In this document: positions 1 through 8,177 of the stretch, one piece after another
How positions within the stretch are numbered: the stretch's first letter is position 1
Layout of the letters: the number at the start of each line of letters is the position of its first letter
UHGV virus genome: UHGV-1364013
DNA: 46,305 bases
DNA from: a virus
Reading direction: 5' to 3' (one strand)
The notes under the pieces: model-generated
Database searches by the model: none
The model's input: the letters and a program-made list of their open reading frames with translations, nothing else
What the model was told of the DNA's origin: nothing
Made by a program: the position numbers and the translations under genes

Positions 1-1
1 G

Positions 2-541
2 GCAGCGTCCGCCAAGGCCGTAAAGACGGCCTATGATCTGGCGAACAGCAAAGCAAACCTTGGTTTTACGCCCGTGCAGCAGGGCGGCGGAACGGGGCAA
101 AACAACACCAAAATTTATATAGGATCCGCTGGTGTGTCAGGTTTAAAAGCTCAGCAGGGCACAACGGACTTAGGCAATATAGTAACAACCACAGCCGGAA
201 CGACTAGAGCTCCTTCAGCTACTAAAGTTTACGTTGAGAAATTTGGAGAGATGTCTTGGATCTACACTCAGTATGCTAACAGTCCGGCCAACGTATGGTG
301 CCTTCCCGCAAATAGCGACTACGCGCATTTGTGTTCGCCGAGTGTACTTTCTGTTGGTGCATCGCAACTTACCATTACTTCTCCTAACACCCGTATATTC
401 CAAACTAACGGAAGTTTGCCTGCAGGAGGAAGTTGGGTAGTTATAGTTTCCAGAAATGGAAACGGTGTTGTTGCACAACTAGCAGGTGGATCTTCGGTGG
501 ATACTTCTGGTGGAGTCGCCCTAGCAATCAGGGTGCAGTAA
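2..541 (+). CDS. Tail fibre protein, C-terminal part (partial; the ORF is open to the window start)
   Basis: Frame open from nt 2 with no stop before 541. Gly/Thr/Ser-rich beta-type composition. It precedes a tail-fibre assembly gene, and the window ends with a tail-fibre N-terminus. Confidence 0.5.
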   Translation, partial: AASAKAVKTAYDLANSKANLGFTPVQQGGGTGQNNTKIYIGSAGVSGLKAQQGTTDLGNIVTTTAGTTRAPSATKVYVEKFGEMSWIYTQYANSPANVWCLPANSDYAHLCSPSVLSVGASQLTITSPNTRIFQTNGSLPAGGSWVVIVSRNGNGVVAQLAGGSSVDTSGGVALAIRVQ

Positions 542-551
542 AGGAGGACAA

Positions 552-1112
552 ATGAGCTACAACAAAATAGTCCATCGGACCGCTGACGATTCCTACGTCA
601 TCACGAAAAACGGAATGCCCTACCATGTCTATCCCTACTCTGCCGAATTCGCGGAAGAATGGGACGAGGCATTTGCCTATGCCGAGGCGCACCCTGAATG
701 CGTGACCGAAGAAAAGCCCTACGTCCCGCCCGTGCCCACGCTCGAGGAGGCGAAAGCCGCCAAGCTCGCGGAGATCAACGCAGCGGCTGATCAGGCTATG
801 GCCGTGCTCACAGCGACATACCCCGACCGCGAGATCGCCACTTTTGACAAGCAAGAATCTGAGGCTCGCGCCTACGCCGCTGATCCCACGACACCCACTC
901 CGCTCCTCTCCGCCCTGTCACAGGCTCGGGGCGTAGAGCTTCCCGAGCTTGTGCGGCGCGTCATCGCCAAGGCAGACGCTTTTGCCGTGGCCTCGGGCTC
1001 AATCATCGGGCAGAGGCAGGCGCTGGAAGATCGGCTTAATGCCTGCGCGACGCTGGAAGAAGTAGAGGCCCTCACCGTCGCCATCTCCATGCCGGGCGGG
1101 GGAGAAGCATGA
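552..1112 (+). CDS. Tail fibre assembly/chaperone protein
   Basis: SD aaggagga 6 nt upstream. Lies directly downstream of the tail fibre. N-terminus resembles phage tail fibre assembly proteins. Confidence 0.5.
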   Translation: MSYNKIVHRTADDSYVITKNGMPYHVYPYSAEFAEEWDEAFAYAEAHPECVTEEKPYVPPVPTLEEAKAAKLAEINAAADQAMAVLTATYPDREIATFDKQESEARAYAADPTTPTPLLSALSQARGVELPELVRRVIAKADAFAVASGSIIGQRQALEDRLNACATLEEVEALTVAISMPGGGEA

Positions 1113-1204
1113 CCTACGGAAAACGAACCCTGATCGCCATTGACCAGCTCCTCAATACGCTTCTCGGCGGCTGGCCGGACGAAATTTGCTATATTTTATC
1201 CTAG
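1109..1204 (+). pseudogene. 31-aa N-terminal orphan fragment of a small gene split by the HNH cassette (MTYGKRTLIAIDQLLNTLLGGWPDEI...)
   Basis: ATG overlaps the stop of the upstream gene (ATGA coupling). Residues 7-26 are paralogous to the start of the 1856..2095 ORF. Reading ends at a stop in AT-rich cassette DNA. Confidence 0.4.
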
Positions 1205-1244
1205 ATGATATAGTCGCCCATACCTAAACAAAAGGAGAAAAGGT

Positions 1245-1862
1245 ATGGGCACTATGTTAGGAATAGGATGGAATAGAAAATGCGAACATTGCGGGACTAC
1301 TTTCAGGGCATTTTCGCATAAACAGAAATTTTGCTCTGAGGAGTGCGCTTTCCTTGGAAGGCTCAAAAGGATTGACGTTTCTGGATGTATCGAATGGCAA
1401 GGTAACATCAATAATTCTGGATATGGTGTGATGAGCGTCATCCGTGAAGGGAAAAGGAAAATTGTAGGTGTGCATAGATACGCATGGGAGCGAGTACACG
1501 GTAAAATTCCTGATGGGATTTGTGTATGTCACAAATGCGACAACCCTAAGTGTGTCAATATCGACCACCTTTTTATAGGTACAAGGTACGACAATAACCA
1601 TGACCGTTCACTCAAAAATCGTAGCGGAAAGAGGGTTTTTACAGATGAAGAGCGCTATAGGTATTCGTGTATAAACAGTGGAGGAAAAAACAACTCTGCA
1701 AAGCTCACAGAAGAACAAGTCATACAGATAAAAAATCTACGCGGAAAATGTACTAGGAAAGAGATAGCAAAGAAATTCAATGTATCATTGGCTTGCATAA
1801 AAGACATTTTCGGAGGAAAGACGTGGAAATTCCTAGAGGACAATACATCAAAAACGTGCTGA
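1245..1862 (+). CDS. Free-standing HNH homing endonuclease (HNH_3-type) with a C-terminal HTH
   Basis: Motifs HRYAWERVHGKIP...CHKCDNPKCVNIDHLFIGT. N-terminal CxxCG..F..KFCSxxC zinc ribbon. AT-rich island in a GC-rich genome. SD aaaaggagaaaagg. Confidence 0.8.
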   Translation: MGTMLGIGWNRKCEHCGTTFRAFSHKQKFCSEECAFLGRLKRIDVSGCIEWQGNINNSGYGVMSVIREGKRKIVGVHRYAWERVHGKIPDGICVCHKCDNPKCVNIDHLFIGTRYDNNHDRSLKNRSGKRVFTDEERYRYSCINSGGKNNSAKLTEEQVIQIKNLRGKCTRKEIAKKFNVSLACIKDIFGGKTWKFLEDNTSKTC

Positions 1863-2095
1863 TTGCTATAGACCAGCTTTTCAACGCAGCCATAGGCGGA
1901 TATTGCGACGAAAGTCTGTCCTCCCGTGCATGGCGCTGGGCGCGGGACGGGGTGAGAGTATGGCCCCGGCGCGTGGTGGACGGGCTGTTCTTCTGGCAGA
2001 GGGAACACTGCAAAAGCAGTTATGAGAGCGAGAGGGAGGGGAGGCAGTCGCCGCCGGAGTTGCGGGTAAAAGTCCACTCCGTAACCAGTCGTTAG
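1856..2095 (+). CDS. Small hypothetical protein (intact downstream copy of the split gene; GTG start coupled to the HNH stop)
   Basis: GTG at 1856 overlaps the HNH TGA (GTGCTGA). N-terminus LIAIDQLFNAAIGGYCDES parallels the orphan fragment at 1109..1204. Confidence 0.4.
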   Translation: MLIAIDQLFNAAIGGYCDESLSSRAWRWARDGVRVWPRRVVDGLFFWQREHCKSSYESEREGRQSPPELRVKVHSVTSR

Positions 2096-2151
2096 ATATT
2101 GCCACTCGCGAGCCTATTCCATATCCTCCTTTCCAAAGAAGGAGAGACACC

Positions 2152-2382
2152 ATGCCGCTACCGATGCCCGAAGAAGAGGAAAACTTGCGTTGCCCGCACG
2201 GAGAACGTGTTCAAGCGTTGATGCTGTGCTCACTCGACTGTGCCGTGTCGGGTGCTCATCCCGCCCGGAAAGCAAAAGCTGATGGTCGGTTCATCATCAC
2301 GCCGTGGTGGTGCCTGCACAAATGCAGGTGGTTGCCAGAGCACCGGGATGAGATCCGATTCGTGGCGAAGAAGTCGGACTGA
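2152..2382 (+). CDS. Small cysteine-rich hypothetical protein
   Basis: Strong SD aaggagagacacc before the ATG. Followed by a hairpin terminator. Confidence 0.45.
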   Translation: MPLPMPEEEENLRCPHGERVQALMLCSLDCAVSGAHPARKAKADGRFIITPWWCLHKCRWLPEHRDEIRFVAKKSD

Positions 2383-2392
2383 AGACACAAAA

Positions 2393-2432
2393 AAATCCCC
2401 CTCCCGGCGCGAACCGAGAGGGGGATTTTCGC
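2393..2432 (+). terminator. Rho-independent terminator (atccccctc...gagggggat + T-rich tail)
   Basis: 9-bp GC stem followed by TTTTCGCATTC. Confidence 0.5.
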
Positions 2433-2491
2433 ATTCACACAGCATACCGATGCTCACTTTTTTGAGGCGTTGGGAAGACGCTTTTTGCCGT

Positions 2492-2524
2492 CTGCACCAA
2501 GCTGTTTGGTGCAGGATGTTTGTT
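2492..2524 (+). terminator. Hairpin (tgcaccaa/ttggtgca) with a T-rich tail; possible terminator
   Basis: 8-bp stem, then gatgtttgtt. Confidence 0.3.
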
Positions 2525-2536
2525 ACATGCTAAATT

Positions 2537-2578
2537 GACATCCTCCCCCGACTTCAGGCGGGGGAGGATGTCAACCTC
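2537..2578. repeat. Perfect 40-bp palindrome that copies the IS605 right-end hairpin (cccccgacttcaggcggggg core)
   Basis: The core is near-identical to the RE hairpin at 25472-25501 of the full IS. Flanked by ggatgtcaa arms. Confidence 0.6.
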
Positions 2579-2589
2579 CTACGCGGCCC

Positions 2590-2712
2590 GCCTTTTTCTG
2601 TATCTGTCGAGCATACCGGGGTTCTGAGCGAGCTCGCACCGGAATGCGGAAATCACGTCCACATGGTAGGCGTTGATACCTTCCGGGTATTCTGGGGTGG
2701 CGATTTTCTCTA
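2590..2712 (-). pseudogene. Remnant 3' end of an antirepressor (Ant/KilA-C) gene
   Basis: Translation NAYHVDVISAFRCELAQNPGMLDRYRKRRAA matches the C-terminus of the Ant protein at 32571..33374 (KAYHVDVIEAFRLSLKNDLNMLGKYRLRRAA). Bracketed by IS-derived hairpins. Confidence 0.4.
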
Positions 2713-3039
2713 TGGATTGACATCCTCCCCCGCCTGAAGTCGGGGGATTCCCAGCGGAGGCAATCTTGCGATTGCGTCCCTGAGCGGGTTCCTGCTTCAC
2801 CGAGACTGCCCAGAGGAACAAGGCTTGGTTTTCGCCGCAAACATTCCCACGTGGGGAATTTTACGGGTACGAACCAACCGCCTATTCCCCCAGGTCTCAC
2901 CATCTCTCCACAGGCTGACACGGCATGCCCTGCCGCCGTGTCACCTGTTAGCAAACAAAGGCAGGAAAGTCAAAATTCCAGTTAAGGTGCGCCTTATATC
3001 CTCCCCCTAAAGGGCGAGGCTTTACGGCGCTTTGGGTAA
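2711..3039 (-). mobile_element. IS200/IS605-derived MITE/PATE, inverted relative to the full IS; no tnpA or tnpB
   Basis: Reverse-complement RE hairpin at 2712-2747 and reverse-complement LE at 2975-3035, including the ccagcgcgccgtaaag-like end. Reverse-complement TTAC target (GTAA) at 3036-3039. Interior shares cgggttcctgcttca and aattccagttaaggtgcgcc with the full IS. Confidence 0.55.
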
Positions 3040-3113
3040 AACAATGGCTAGTTCAGTTTGTGTTATCCCCGTTGCTTTCATCCCATCGTGAATGGCTTTT
3101 TGTACTGTGGTGT

Positions 3114-3863
3114 TCATCTCCCTTCCTCCACGGCCTTGCGCCTTTTGATCATCTCATCGGCCTTTTTAATCCAGCACAGCTTTCTGAATACGATATCTTG
3201 ACAACGGTGCAGTCCTCTGAGATTACATCCTTCACACCCACCAGTGATGGCTAGCAATCTTGCCAATTCCCATATCCTTGCGGCATTTTTTTCATTGGAG
3301 TTCATCTGTTCTGACTGCCTCGCGAGCGGCTTCCCGCGTCCGAGTTCGTCCTCAAGAGCGTTGACCTTGCGGACGGCGACGGAGGCGGTCGCCATCGCGG
3401 TGGCTGTCTTTTTGTCGCTGATCCATGCTTTGGTGCGGATGGCCTCGTCCCGTTGGCGGCGGATAAGCTCATTCTCTTCAAGCATGTTGGCATATGCGCG
3501 TAATGCCTCTGGGAGAGAGGTTGGGGCGTTTGCTTGGAGGGCCTTTTCCATCTCGTTGAACCGGGCGATGTAGGCAACTTTGAAGGCCATAGCCTTTTCG
3601 CCTGTGTAGCCCATAGTCAAGAGCGTGAAGGCGTCCTTGCTGAGAAGGTAGGACTTGGCCATTCGTGTTCCGATACCCGTTTCAATGGGATACTCGTAGA
3701 GCTCAAAATTGAGCTTTACGAACTTTTCAGGTACTTGCGGCAAGATTGCTTCAATATCCCGCAGCACGTTTTTGTGTTCCTTCTCAAAGCTCTCCGCCAC
3801 CTGCAACGAGGTCACGGCGGGAACGTCCTTTCCGTTGATATTATTCAATGCGATTTCGATCAT
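3114..3863 (-). CDS. Rha-family phage regulatory protein with a C-terminal Cys4 zinc-ribbon module
   Basis: N-terminus LNNINGKDVPAVTSLQVAESFEKEHKNVLRDIEAI is the Phage_pRha signature. C-terminal CEGCNLRGLHRCQDIV...LCW module. Confidence 0.7.
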   Translation of the reverse strand: MIEIALNNINGKDVPAVTSLQVAESFEKEHKNVLRDIEAILPQVPEKFVKLNFELYEYPIETGIGTRMAKSYLLSKDAFTLLTMGYTGEKAMAFKVAYIARFNEMEKALQANAPTSLPEALRAYANMLEENELIRRQRDEAIRTKAWISDKKTATAMATASVAVRKVNALEDELGRGKPLARQSEQMNSNEKNAARIWELARLLAITGGCEGCNLRGLHRCQDIVFRKLCWIKKADEMIKRRKAVEEGR

Positions 3864-3894
3864 ATATGCCTCTTGTCGTTTGAGGTGTTTTCAT

Positions 3895-4389
3895 CTACGC
3901 GGCCCGCTCGTACACCCGCGTCCCGATCTCAGCGATCTGCGGGTCGACCTTTTCGAGCGCATTGCACAGCGTGGTCAGCGTCTTGAGCAGGTTGTGCCAG
4001 TGAAGGCCCCGGAAGTAGGCGGGGCAGGTGTTCCGGGCGTCTTCGAGAAAGGTCAGCCCGGCCCACACCCCAGCGGCCCATTGCGTCCAGCGGGTGGCAT
4101 CGGTGGCTGCCGTCTGAACATCCCCGACGTGCCCGGCAAGGATATGGAACCGGGCATCTAGATCCCGCTTGGCGCCAGCGGAGAGCTTGCGCTTCTGTGT
4201 GTCGTCTCCGCATCGGTCAAGCCAGCGGTTGACCTTCTCGATCTGTTTGCCAAGGTCGCCAAGCTGAGGAAGCGTTTCCGGCTTGAGGAGTGACAGCGCC
4301 ACGGTGATCATGGACAGGGCCAGAACGCAGCGGGTGTGCTGGATTGCTTCGTGCGGGTAGGGGATGATGGGGGTGGTGGGTCTTCGCAT
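3895..4389 (-). CDS. Hypothetical protein
   Basis: SD gaggagaagc before the ATG. Upstream hairpin terminator. Confidence 0.45.
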   Translation of the reverse strand: MRRPTTPIIPYPHEAIQHTRCVLALSMITVALSLLKPETLPQLGDLGKQIEKVNRWLDRCGDDTQKRKLSAGAKRDLDARFHILAGHVGDVQTAATDATRWTQWAAGVWAGLTFLEDARNTCPAYFRGLHWHNLLKTLTTLCNALEKVDPQIAEIGTRVYERAA

Positions 4390-4409
4390 GATGCTTCTCC
4401 TCTATTAAA

Positions 4410-4430
4410 AGAAAAGCCCCTGTTCGGGGC
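4410..4430 (-). terminator. Hairpin agcccctgttcggggct + T-run (minus strand)
   Basis: The reverse complement shows the hairpin followed by ttttctttt. Confidence 0.4.
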
Positions 4431-4738
4431 TACTTCGGTTCGCGGGGTTCGGGGATGGGTCCTGCCCATTCATCGTCTGGTTCTGCTTTCCACTTCACTG
4501 GCAGCGTGATCGACAATATCATTGGCTTGGCGTTTCCGTTTCTGAACCAGTACCAGCCCGGAACCTTCGGCTGCTCTGTCGTCCACGTCATGGCTCGGGG
4601 GAGGGCGTTCCACAATGCGGCGGCCTCTTCTCTGGAACCGCGCTCGCTTGTGGTCAAACATCCCCGCGTGCAGTACAGAATACGTAGGCTCTCGTATCTA
4701 CTCTCATGACCACATCGGAAGCCCCACACGCCGGGCAC
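4430..4738 (-). CDS. Hypothetical protein (GTG start; the N-terminal half looks weak)
   Basis: ORF only. The C-terminal half is protein-like. Confidence 0.3.
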   Translation of the reverse strand: MPGVWGFRCGHESRYESLRILYCTRGCLTTSERGSREEAAALWNALPRAMTWTTEQPKVPGWYWFRNGNAKPMILSITLPVKWKAEPDDEWAGPIPEPREPK

Positions 4739-4748
4739 GGTAGCAACG

Positions 4749-4967
4749 TCAGTTCTTCGGACATGATTCCTCCAGTATTTTTCTGATTGTCATAAGTGAA
4801 TCATCAACATAGAGAAGATCGTTGATAGCGCATTTGAGCAAGTCTTGATACCGTCGATGCTTTCCACATCGTTCCTTCATTTCTCTCAGATGTTCGACGA
4901 TTGCCCCGATTTCCCATTGCCGTTGCTCAAGTTCCGCATCAAGTCCGTTCAGCGCGTGCTCGTTCAT
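4749..4967 (-). CDS. Hypothetical coiled-coil protein (start MNEHALNGL...)
   Basis: ATGA overlap with the upstream zinc-ribbon gene. The upstream in-frame Arg-rich stretch is probably overlap artefact. Confidence 0.4.
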   Translation of the reverse strand: MNEHALNGLDAELEQRQWEIGAIVEHLREMKERCGKHRRYQDLLKCAINDLLYVDDSLMTIRKILEESCPKN

Positions 4968-5152
4968 TTTCCTTCCTCTCCCTTTCTCGGCATCTTGTCC
5001 CATGCATCTTTTGCCCGCTTCTTCGTACTGCGCCACGGGCCACGACATCGGCAATCGAGCGCGGAGCACTCGACGGCGTACCGCCCCGGAGCGACTTTTT
5101 CGCATTGATTCATGGTACATCCGCACGCAGGACATGCTTTCACTATCAGCAT
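4964..5152 (-). CDS. Small zinc-ribbon protein (CPACGC...C.C..C)
   Basis: Cys-rich and compact. Coupled to the next gene. Confidence 0.4.
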   Translation of the reverse strand: MLIVKACPACGCTMNQCEKVAPGRYAVECSALDCRCRGPWRSTKKRAKDAWDKMPRKGEEGK

Positions 5153-5385
5153 TGCGGCCTCCCTTCCTCCACGGCTTTACGCCTTTTAATCATCTCATCG
5201 GCCTTTTTGATCCAGCACAGTTTTCTGGATACGATATCCTGACAACTGTGCAGTCCCCTGAGATTACATCCTTCACATCCGCCAGAGATTGCAAGCAATT
5301 CTGCCAATGCCCATACCATTTCGGCATTTCTTTCATGTTTGGAGTTCATCTTTTCTAGCAGCCTCGCGAGCGGCTTCCCGTACAT
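5146..5385 (-). CDS. Stand-alone Cys4 zinc-ribbon module protein, paralogous to the Rha C-terminal domain
   Basis: About 85% nucleotide identity between 5150-5395 and 3108-3375. CEGCNLRGLHSCQDIVSRKLCWIKKADEMIKRRKAVEEGR. Confidence 0.5.
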   Translation of the reverse strand: MYGKPLARLLEKMNSKHERNAEMVWALAELLAISGGCEGCNLRGLHSCQDIVSRKLCWIKKADEMIKRRKAVEEGRPQC

Positions 5386-6196
5386 CTTCAGGCAACGGCG
5401 GATTCATAGCACCGGAATCGATCTCGGGCAGTAAATCGTCGATATATGCGTTTGCAAGCCAGATACTGAGGACATCCGCTTCCCGATCCAGCCGTTCCAG
5501 TTGAGCCTTGACCTGTTTGTCTACTTCATCGCAATCGTCGATGTGACCAGAACCGCCACACCAAGGGCAGTTATATCTTTCGGAAAAGTCTTCTTCGGTT
5601 ATGTGAGTATGACCGGGCAACGGTGACGGGATTTCCCCGCCCCACGCTGCGGCTGCTACTTCTGACATGGTGACGGCGTGTTTCCGCGATAGTTCCAGTT
5701 CCCGGCACAGCCTAAAAATGGTAGCTGCTGGTCCGAGTTTGTCGAGCTCCGTGGAGTCTCCGAGCATGTCGCCAATGGCGGCGGTTCGGATGTAGTCGAG
5801 TTCTTCGGGGGTGATCATTCTTTTCGGCTCCGTAGCTTGATATGCGTCTTGAAGGACTTCTTCCGACGTCCGCATAAACCATTCTCCGGGACCGCCAGCT
5901 TCCCCGCTTGCCTCTTCGGATAAGTATTTTATCATCTCAACCAGCATCGGCACGGCGTTGCACGCGGCGACGATGTATGCGGCGTTGGCGGTTTGCTCGC
6001 TTTGGAATGGTTCATCCATTCCGGCATTTGGACTACCTCGTTCGATTTTCGCAATGTCGATCATCCCTTCACGTTCTTCGGCAGTGATACATGCGTCATC
6101 TTCATCGAAGCCTTCACCTTCTTTGCATATCCACGGCCCCGGCGTCGCCGCCTTCCTCAGCCGTTCAAGCTCGTCAAGCCATTCCTGTGCGGTCAT
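5333..6196 (-). CDS. Ead/Ea22-like family protein
   Basis: N-terminus AATPGPWI...ACNAVPMLV is typical of Ead/Ea22-like proteins. Confidence 0.55.
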   Translation of the reverse strand: MTAQEWLDELERLRKAATPGPWICKEGEGFDEDDACITAEEREGMIDIAKIERGSPNAGMDEPFQSEQTANAAYIVAACNAVPMLVEMIKYLSEEASGEAGGPGEWFMRTSEEVLQDAYQATEPKRMITPEELDYIRTAAIGDMLGDSTELDKLGPAATIFRLCRELELSRKHAVTMSEVAAAAWGGEIPSPLPGHTHITEEDFSERYNCPWCGGSGHIDDCDEVDKQVKAQLERLDREADVLSIWLANAYIDDLLPEIDSGAMNPPLPEDVREAAREAARKDELQT

Positions 6197-6395
6197 CTTT
6201 CTTCTCCTGCGCGTTGTTCAACACTTCTTCCCAAGCTTGAGGCGTTACTCGTCCGCATGTTTTGCATTCTCTCACCCGACAATACGGGTCGGGACATTCC
6301 CCGATGGGTACTGTCACATAAGCCCTGCACATATACGCCCGCGCAATTGCCTCTTTCGAGCACTGCATGATGGATTCAAGCGTGGTTTCGTTCAT
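6174..6395 (-). CDS. Small cysteine-rich hypothetical protein
   Basis: ORF in the operon with short overlaps. Confidence 0.4.
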   Translation of the reverse strand: MNETTLESIMQCSKEAIARAYMCRAYVTVPIGECPDPYCRVRECKTCGRVTPQAWEEVLNNAQEKKDDRTGMA

Positions 6396-6735
6396 TGTTC
6401 ATCTCCTGCTCAGCTTGTAAATGTGCCATCCTCATCCTGCACCAGTCACCGCAACCTTTGCCCTTGAAATGCTTGGCAGGGCAAAACATCGTCATCCCGT
6501 GGGCGCAAGGTACGTCTTCAATGTCGATATGAAGTGCAATCACCTTCGCCCTCGCCTCGAACTCGGCGGCGTCGCGGTACGATTCAAACGTAACTGTCGT
6601 TTTGTCCCACAGCGGGAAGCCCGCCCTATAGCAGGCGTTCCGCTGGTCTTGGCTGCACCGGAACGGGACTTTGCCGCACCGGGCGCAAGCCTTTTTTCGA
6701 ACCGTGAGCCACTTCCTTTCCTGTTCCGTCAGCAT
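6376..6735 (-). CDS. Hypothetical Cys-rich protein
   Basis: ORF in the operon. Confidence 0.4.
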   Translation of the reverse strand: MLTEQERKWLTVRKKACARCGKVPFRCSQDQRNACYRAGFPLWDKTTVTFESYRDAAEFEARAKVIALHIDIEDVPCAHGMTMFCPAKHFKGKGCGDWCRMRMAHLQAEQEMNNERNHA

Positions 6736-6836
6736 ATTTCACCCCACGCGTTGTTCATGCAGCCGCGCCCCTGCACACCATCCAGACCACCCACACGAAG
6801 AAGGCGACCCACACCCACGTGAGCCGCCTTTCCCAT

Positions 6837-7157
6837 TTATTCCTCGTACAGGATTTCAAGCCCATACGCTTTTGCAGCCGCGTGCTCGATCGTGCATCCA
6901 CGGGCCCGTTCCCAACCTTTGCAGAAGAATGCGGCATGGCACAGACTCATGTTTTCGAGAGACTTCGCCAAAAAACACAGAGGGATTTGGACGACGCCTC
7001 GTTCTTTCATGGATTCTTGCGAATACCATTCATCCGTGAACAGGGTATTCACGATTTCATAGCCTTTGGCTTCAAGCACAGAGATAGCTCGTTCGCGTGC
7101 TTCCCTGATTTCCTCTTCCGTTTTTCCAGCCATAGGCTGTGATAACATTGCTCTCAT
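6837..7157 (-). CDS. DUF4406-like protein (nucleoside 2-deoxyribosyltransferase-like fold)
   Basis: LSQPMAGKTEEEIREARERAISVLEAKGYEIV...CKGWERARGCTIEHAAAKAYGLEI resembles the DUF4406 family. Start chosen at an internal ATG (MRAMLSQ). Confidence 0.45.
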   Translation of the reverse strand: MRAMLSQPMAGKTEEEIREARERAISVLEAKGYEIVNTLFTDEWYSQESMKERGVVQIPLCFLAKSLENMSLCHAAFFCKGWERARGCTIEHAAAKAYGLEILYEE

Positions 7158-7211
7158 GCGTTTATCCTTCCAGCGTGATTCGTATGCGCGGCCCACGGTT
7201 TGGGGTATGAA

Positions 7212-7240
7212 AAGCCCCGCCGGGGGAGGGCGGGGCGTGG
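7212..7240 (-). terminator. Hairpin gccccgcc...ggcggggc + T-run (minus strand)
   Basis: On the minus strand the hairpin is followed by ttttcatacc. Confidence 0.4.
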
Positions 7241-7244
7241 GGTG

Positions 7245-7487
7245 CTATCCTATTGCATCCTGTATCTGCATATCAGCGTTTTCAAGCGAGGAAAGAGCAT
7301 CGTCCATAGCACCGATTGCTGTTTGCATAGCTTCCCCGCGCTCACTGGAGTTTAGGGATTCAGGAAGATTTTCAAATGCCTCTAGCTCCTCGTCCCGAAG
7401 TTCCTCCAACTTTTCCATGATGTCAGAAATCTGATCGCTCAATTTCACGAGTTTATCACGTCTGTTCTTGTTCACATGACTCTCCAA
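7245..7487 (-). CDS. Hypothetical acidic coiled-coil protein
   Basis: ORF between two terminators. Confidence 0.4.
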   Translation of the reverse strand: MESHVNKNRRDKLVKLSDQISDIMEKLEELRDEELEAFENLPESLNSSERGEAMQTAIGAMDDALSSLENADMQIQDAIG

Positions 7488-7517
7488 GAAAAAGGCCCGG
7501 TTTGAGCCGGGCCGGGG
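7487..7517 (-). terminator. Hairpin ggcccgg...ccgggcc + TTTTT (minus strand)
   Basis: 7-bp GC stem followed on the minus strand by tttttctt. Confidence 0.5.
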
Positions 7518-7520
7518 TGG

Positions 7521-8177
7521 TTAGAAAGGCACATCATCATATTCGGACGGGCCTGTGGGGAAAGGCTGTCCGTAGGTATCGGCCTCTGGTGGGGTTTGAA
7601 CCTTCCCCTTTTCTTTTTCTCCAGTTACAGGGCCGTCAGTGATGATTTCCCTACCAGATTTGATCCGTGCGTATTCTTCTTTGTCCGGGGTGATGATAGA
7701 TGTGATGTAGTTATTCCAGTACTTTTTCCCATCCCTTTCGTAAGGCTCTTTACTGATGCCGAGTTTAGCAGGGAATTCCATGCCCTGCATGTCCGTCCAT
7801 TCGGTAAGTTGGCGTCCTCGTATCGCACGGTCGTCAGTGGCTTTGGGATTGATTCCTCTGTGGGCTTCAATGATGGCCCGTATCTGTGCCCCTGAACGAT
7901 TGCAGGTGGTTGTTTGGCCCTCGTTCAAGCGAATGTTTTGATACCCCGTGGGAAGCCATAGGGTATCGTACCATTCCACACCATCATAAAGGCCGCCTGC
8001 AACAGTAAATTTGCACCACAGCCCCAGAAGTCCCGACTTTGCCTGAGCCACGCACGGGGTATCTTGAAGCCCATATTTCGGCGTTTCTATGCTGATACGA
8101 ACCATGACCTTGCTCCCGGCGGGGACAGGCCCATAATTGCGATTCTTTTGTTCGGATTCCATATTGAGATCAAGCAT
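7521..8177 (-). CDS. DUF669-family protein (SSB-like partner of Sak4)
   Basis: NYGPVPAGSKVMVRISIETPKYG...GLYDGVEWYDTLWLP fits the DUF669 pattern. SD ggaggg before ATG 8177. Confidence 0.5.
   Translation of the reverse strand: MLDLNMESEQKNRNYGPVPAGSKVMVRISIETPKYGLQDTPCVAQAKSGLLGLWCKFTVAGGLYDGVEWYDTLWLPTGYQNIRLNEGQTTTCNRSGAQIRAIIEAHRGINPKATDDRAIRGRQLTEWTDMQGMEFPAKLGISKEPYERDGKKYWNNYITSIITPDKEEYARIKSGREIITDGPVTGEKEKGKVQTPPEADTYGQPFPTGPSEYDDVPF

Noticed and set aside
2537-2578. 40-bp perfect palindrome considered as an intrinsic terminator
   Set aside because: No T-run follows, and its core is identical to the IS605 right-end hairpin, so an IS-derived origin is more parsimonious.
6421-7142. Plus-strand ORFs 6421..6822, 6671..7039 and 6819..7142 overlapping the leftward early genes
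   Set aside because: Opposite in direction to the operon, with no SDs and Pro/Arg-rich low-complexity translations.
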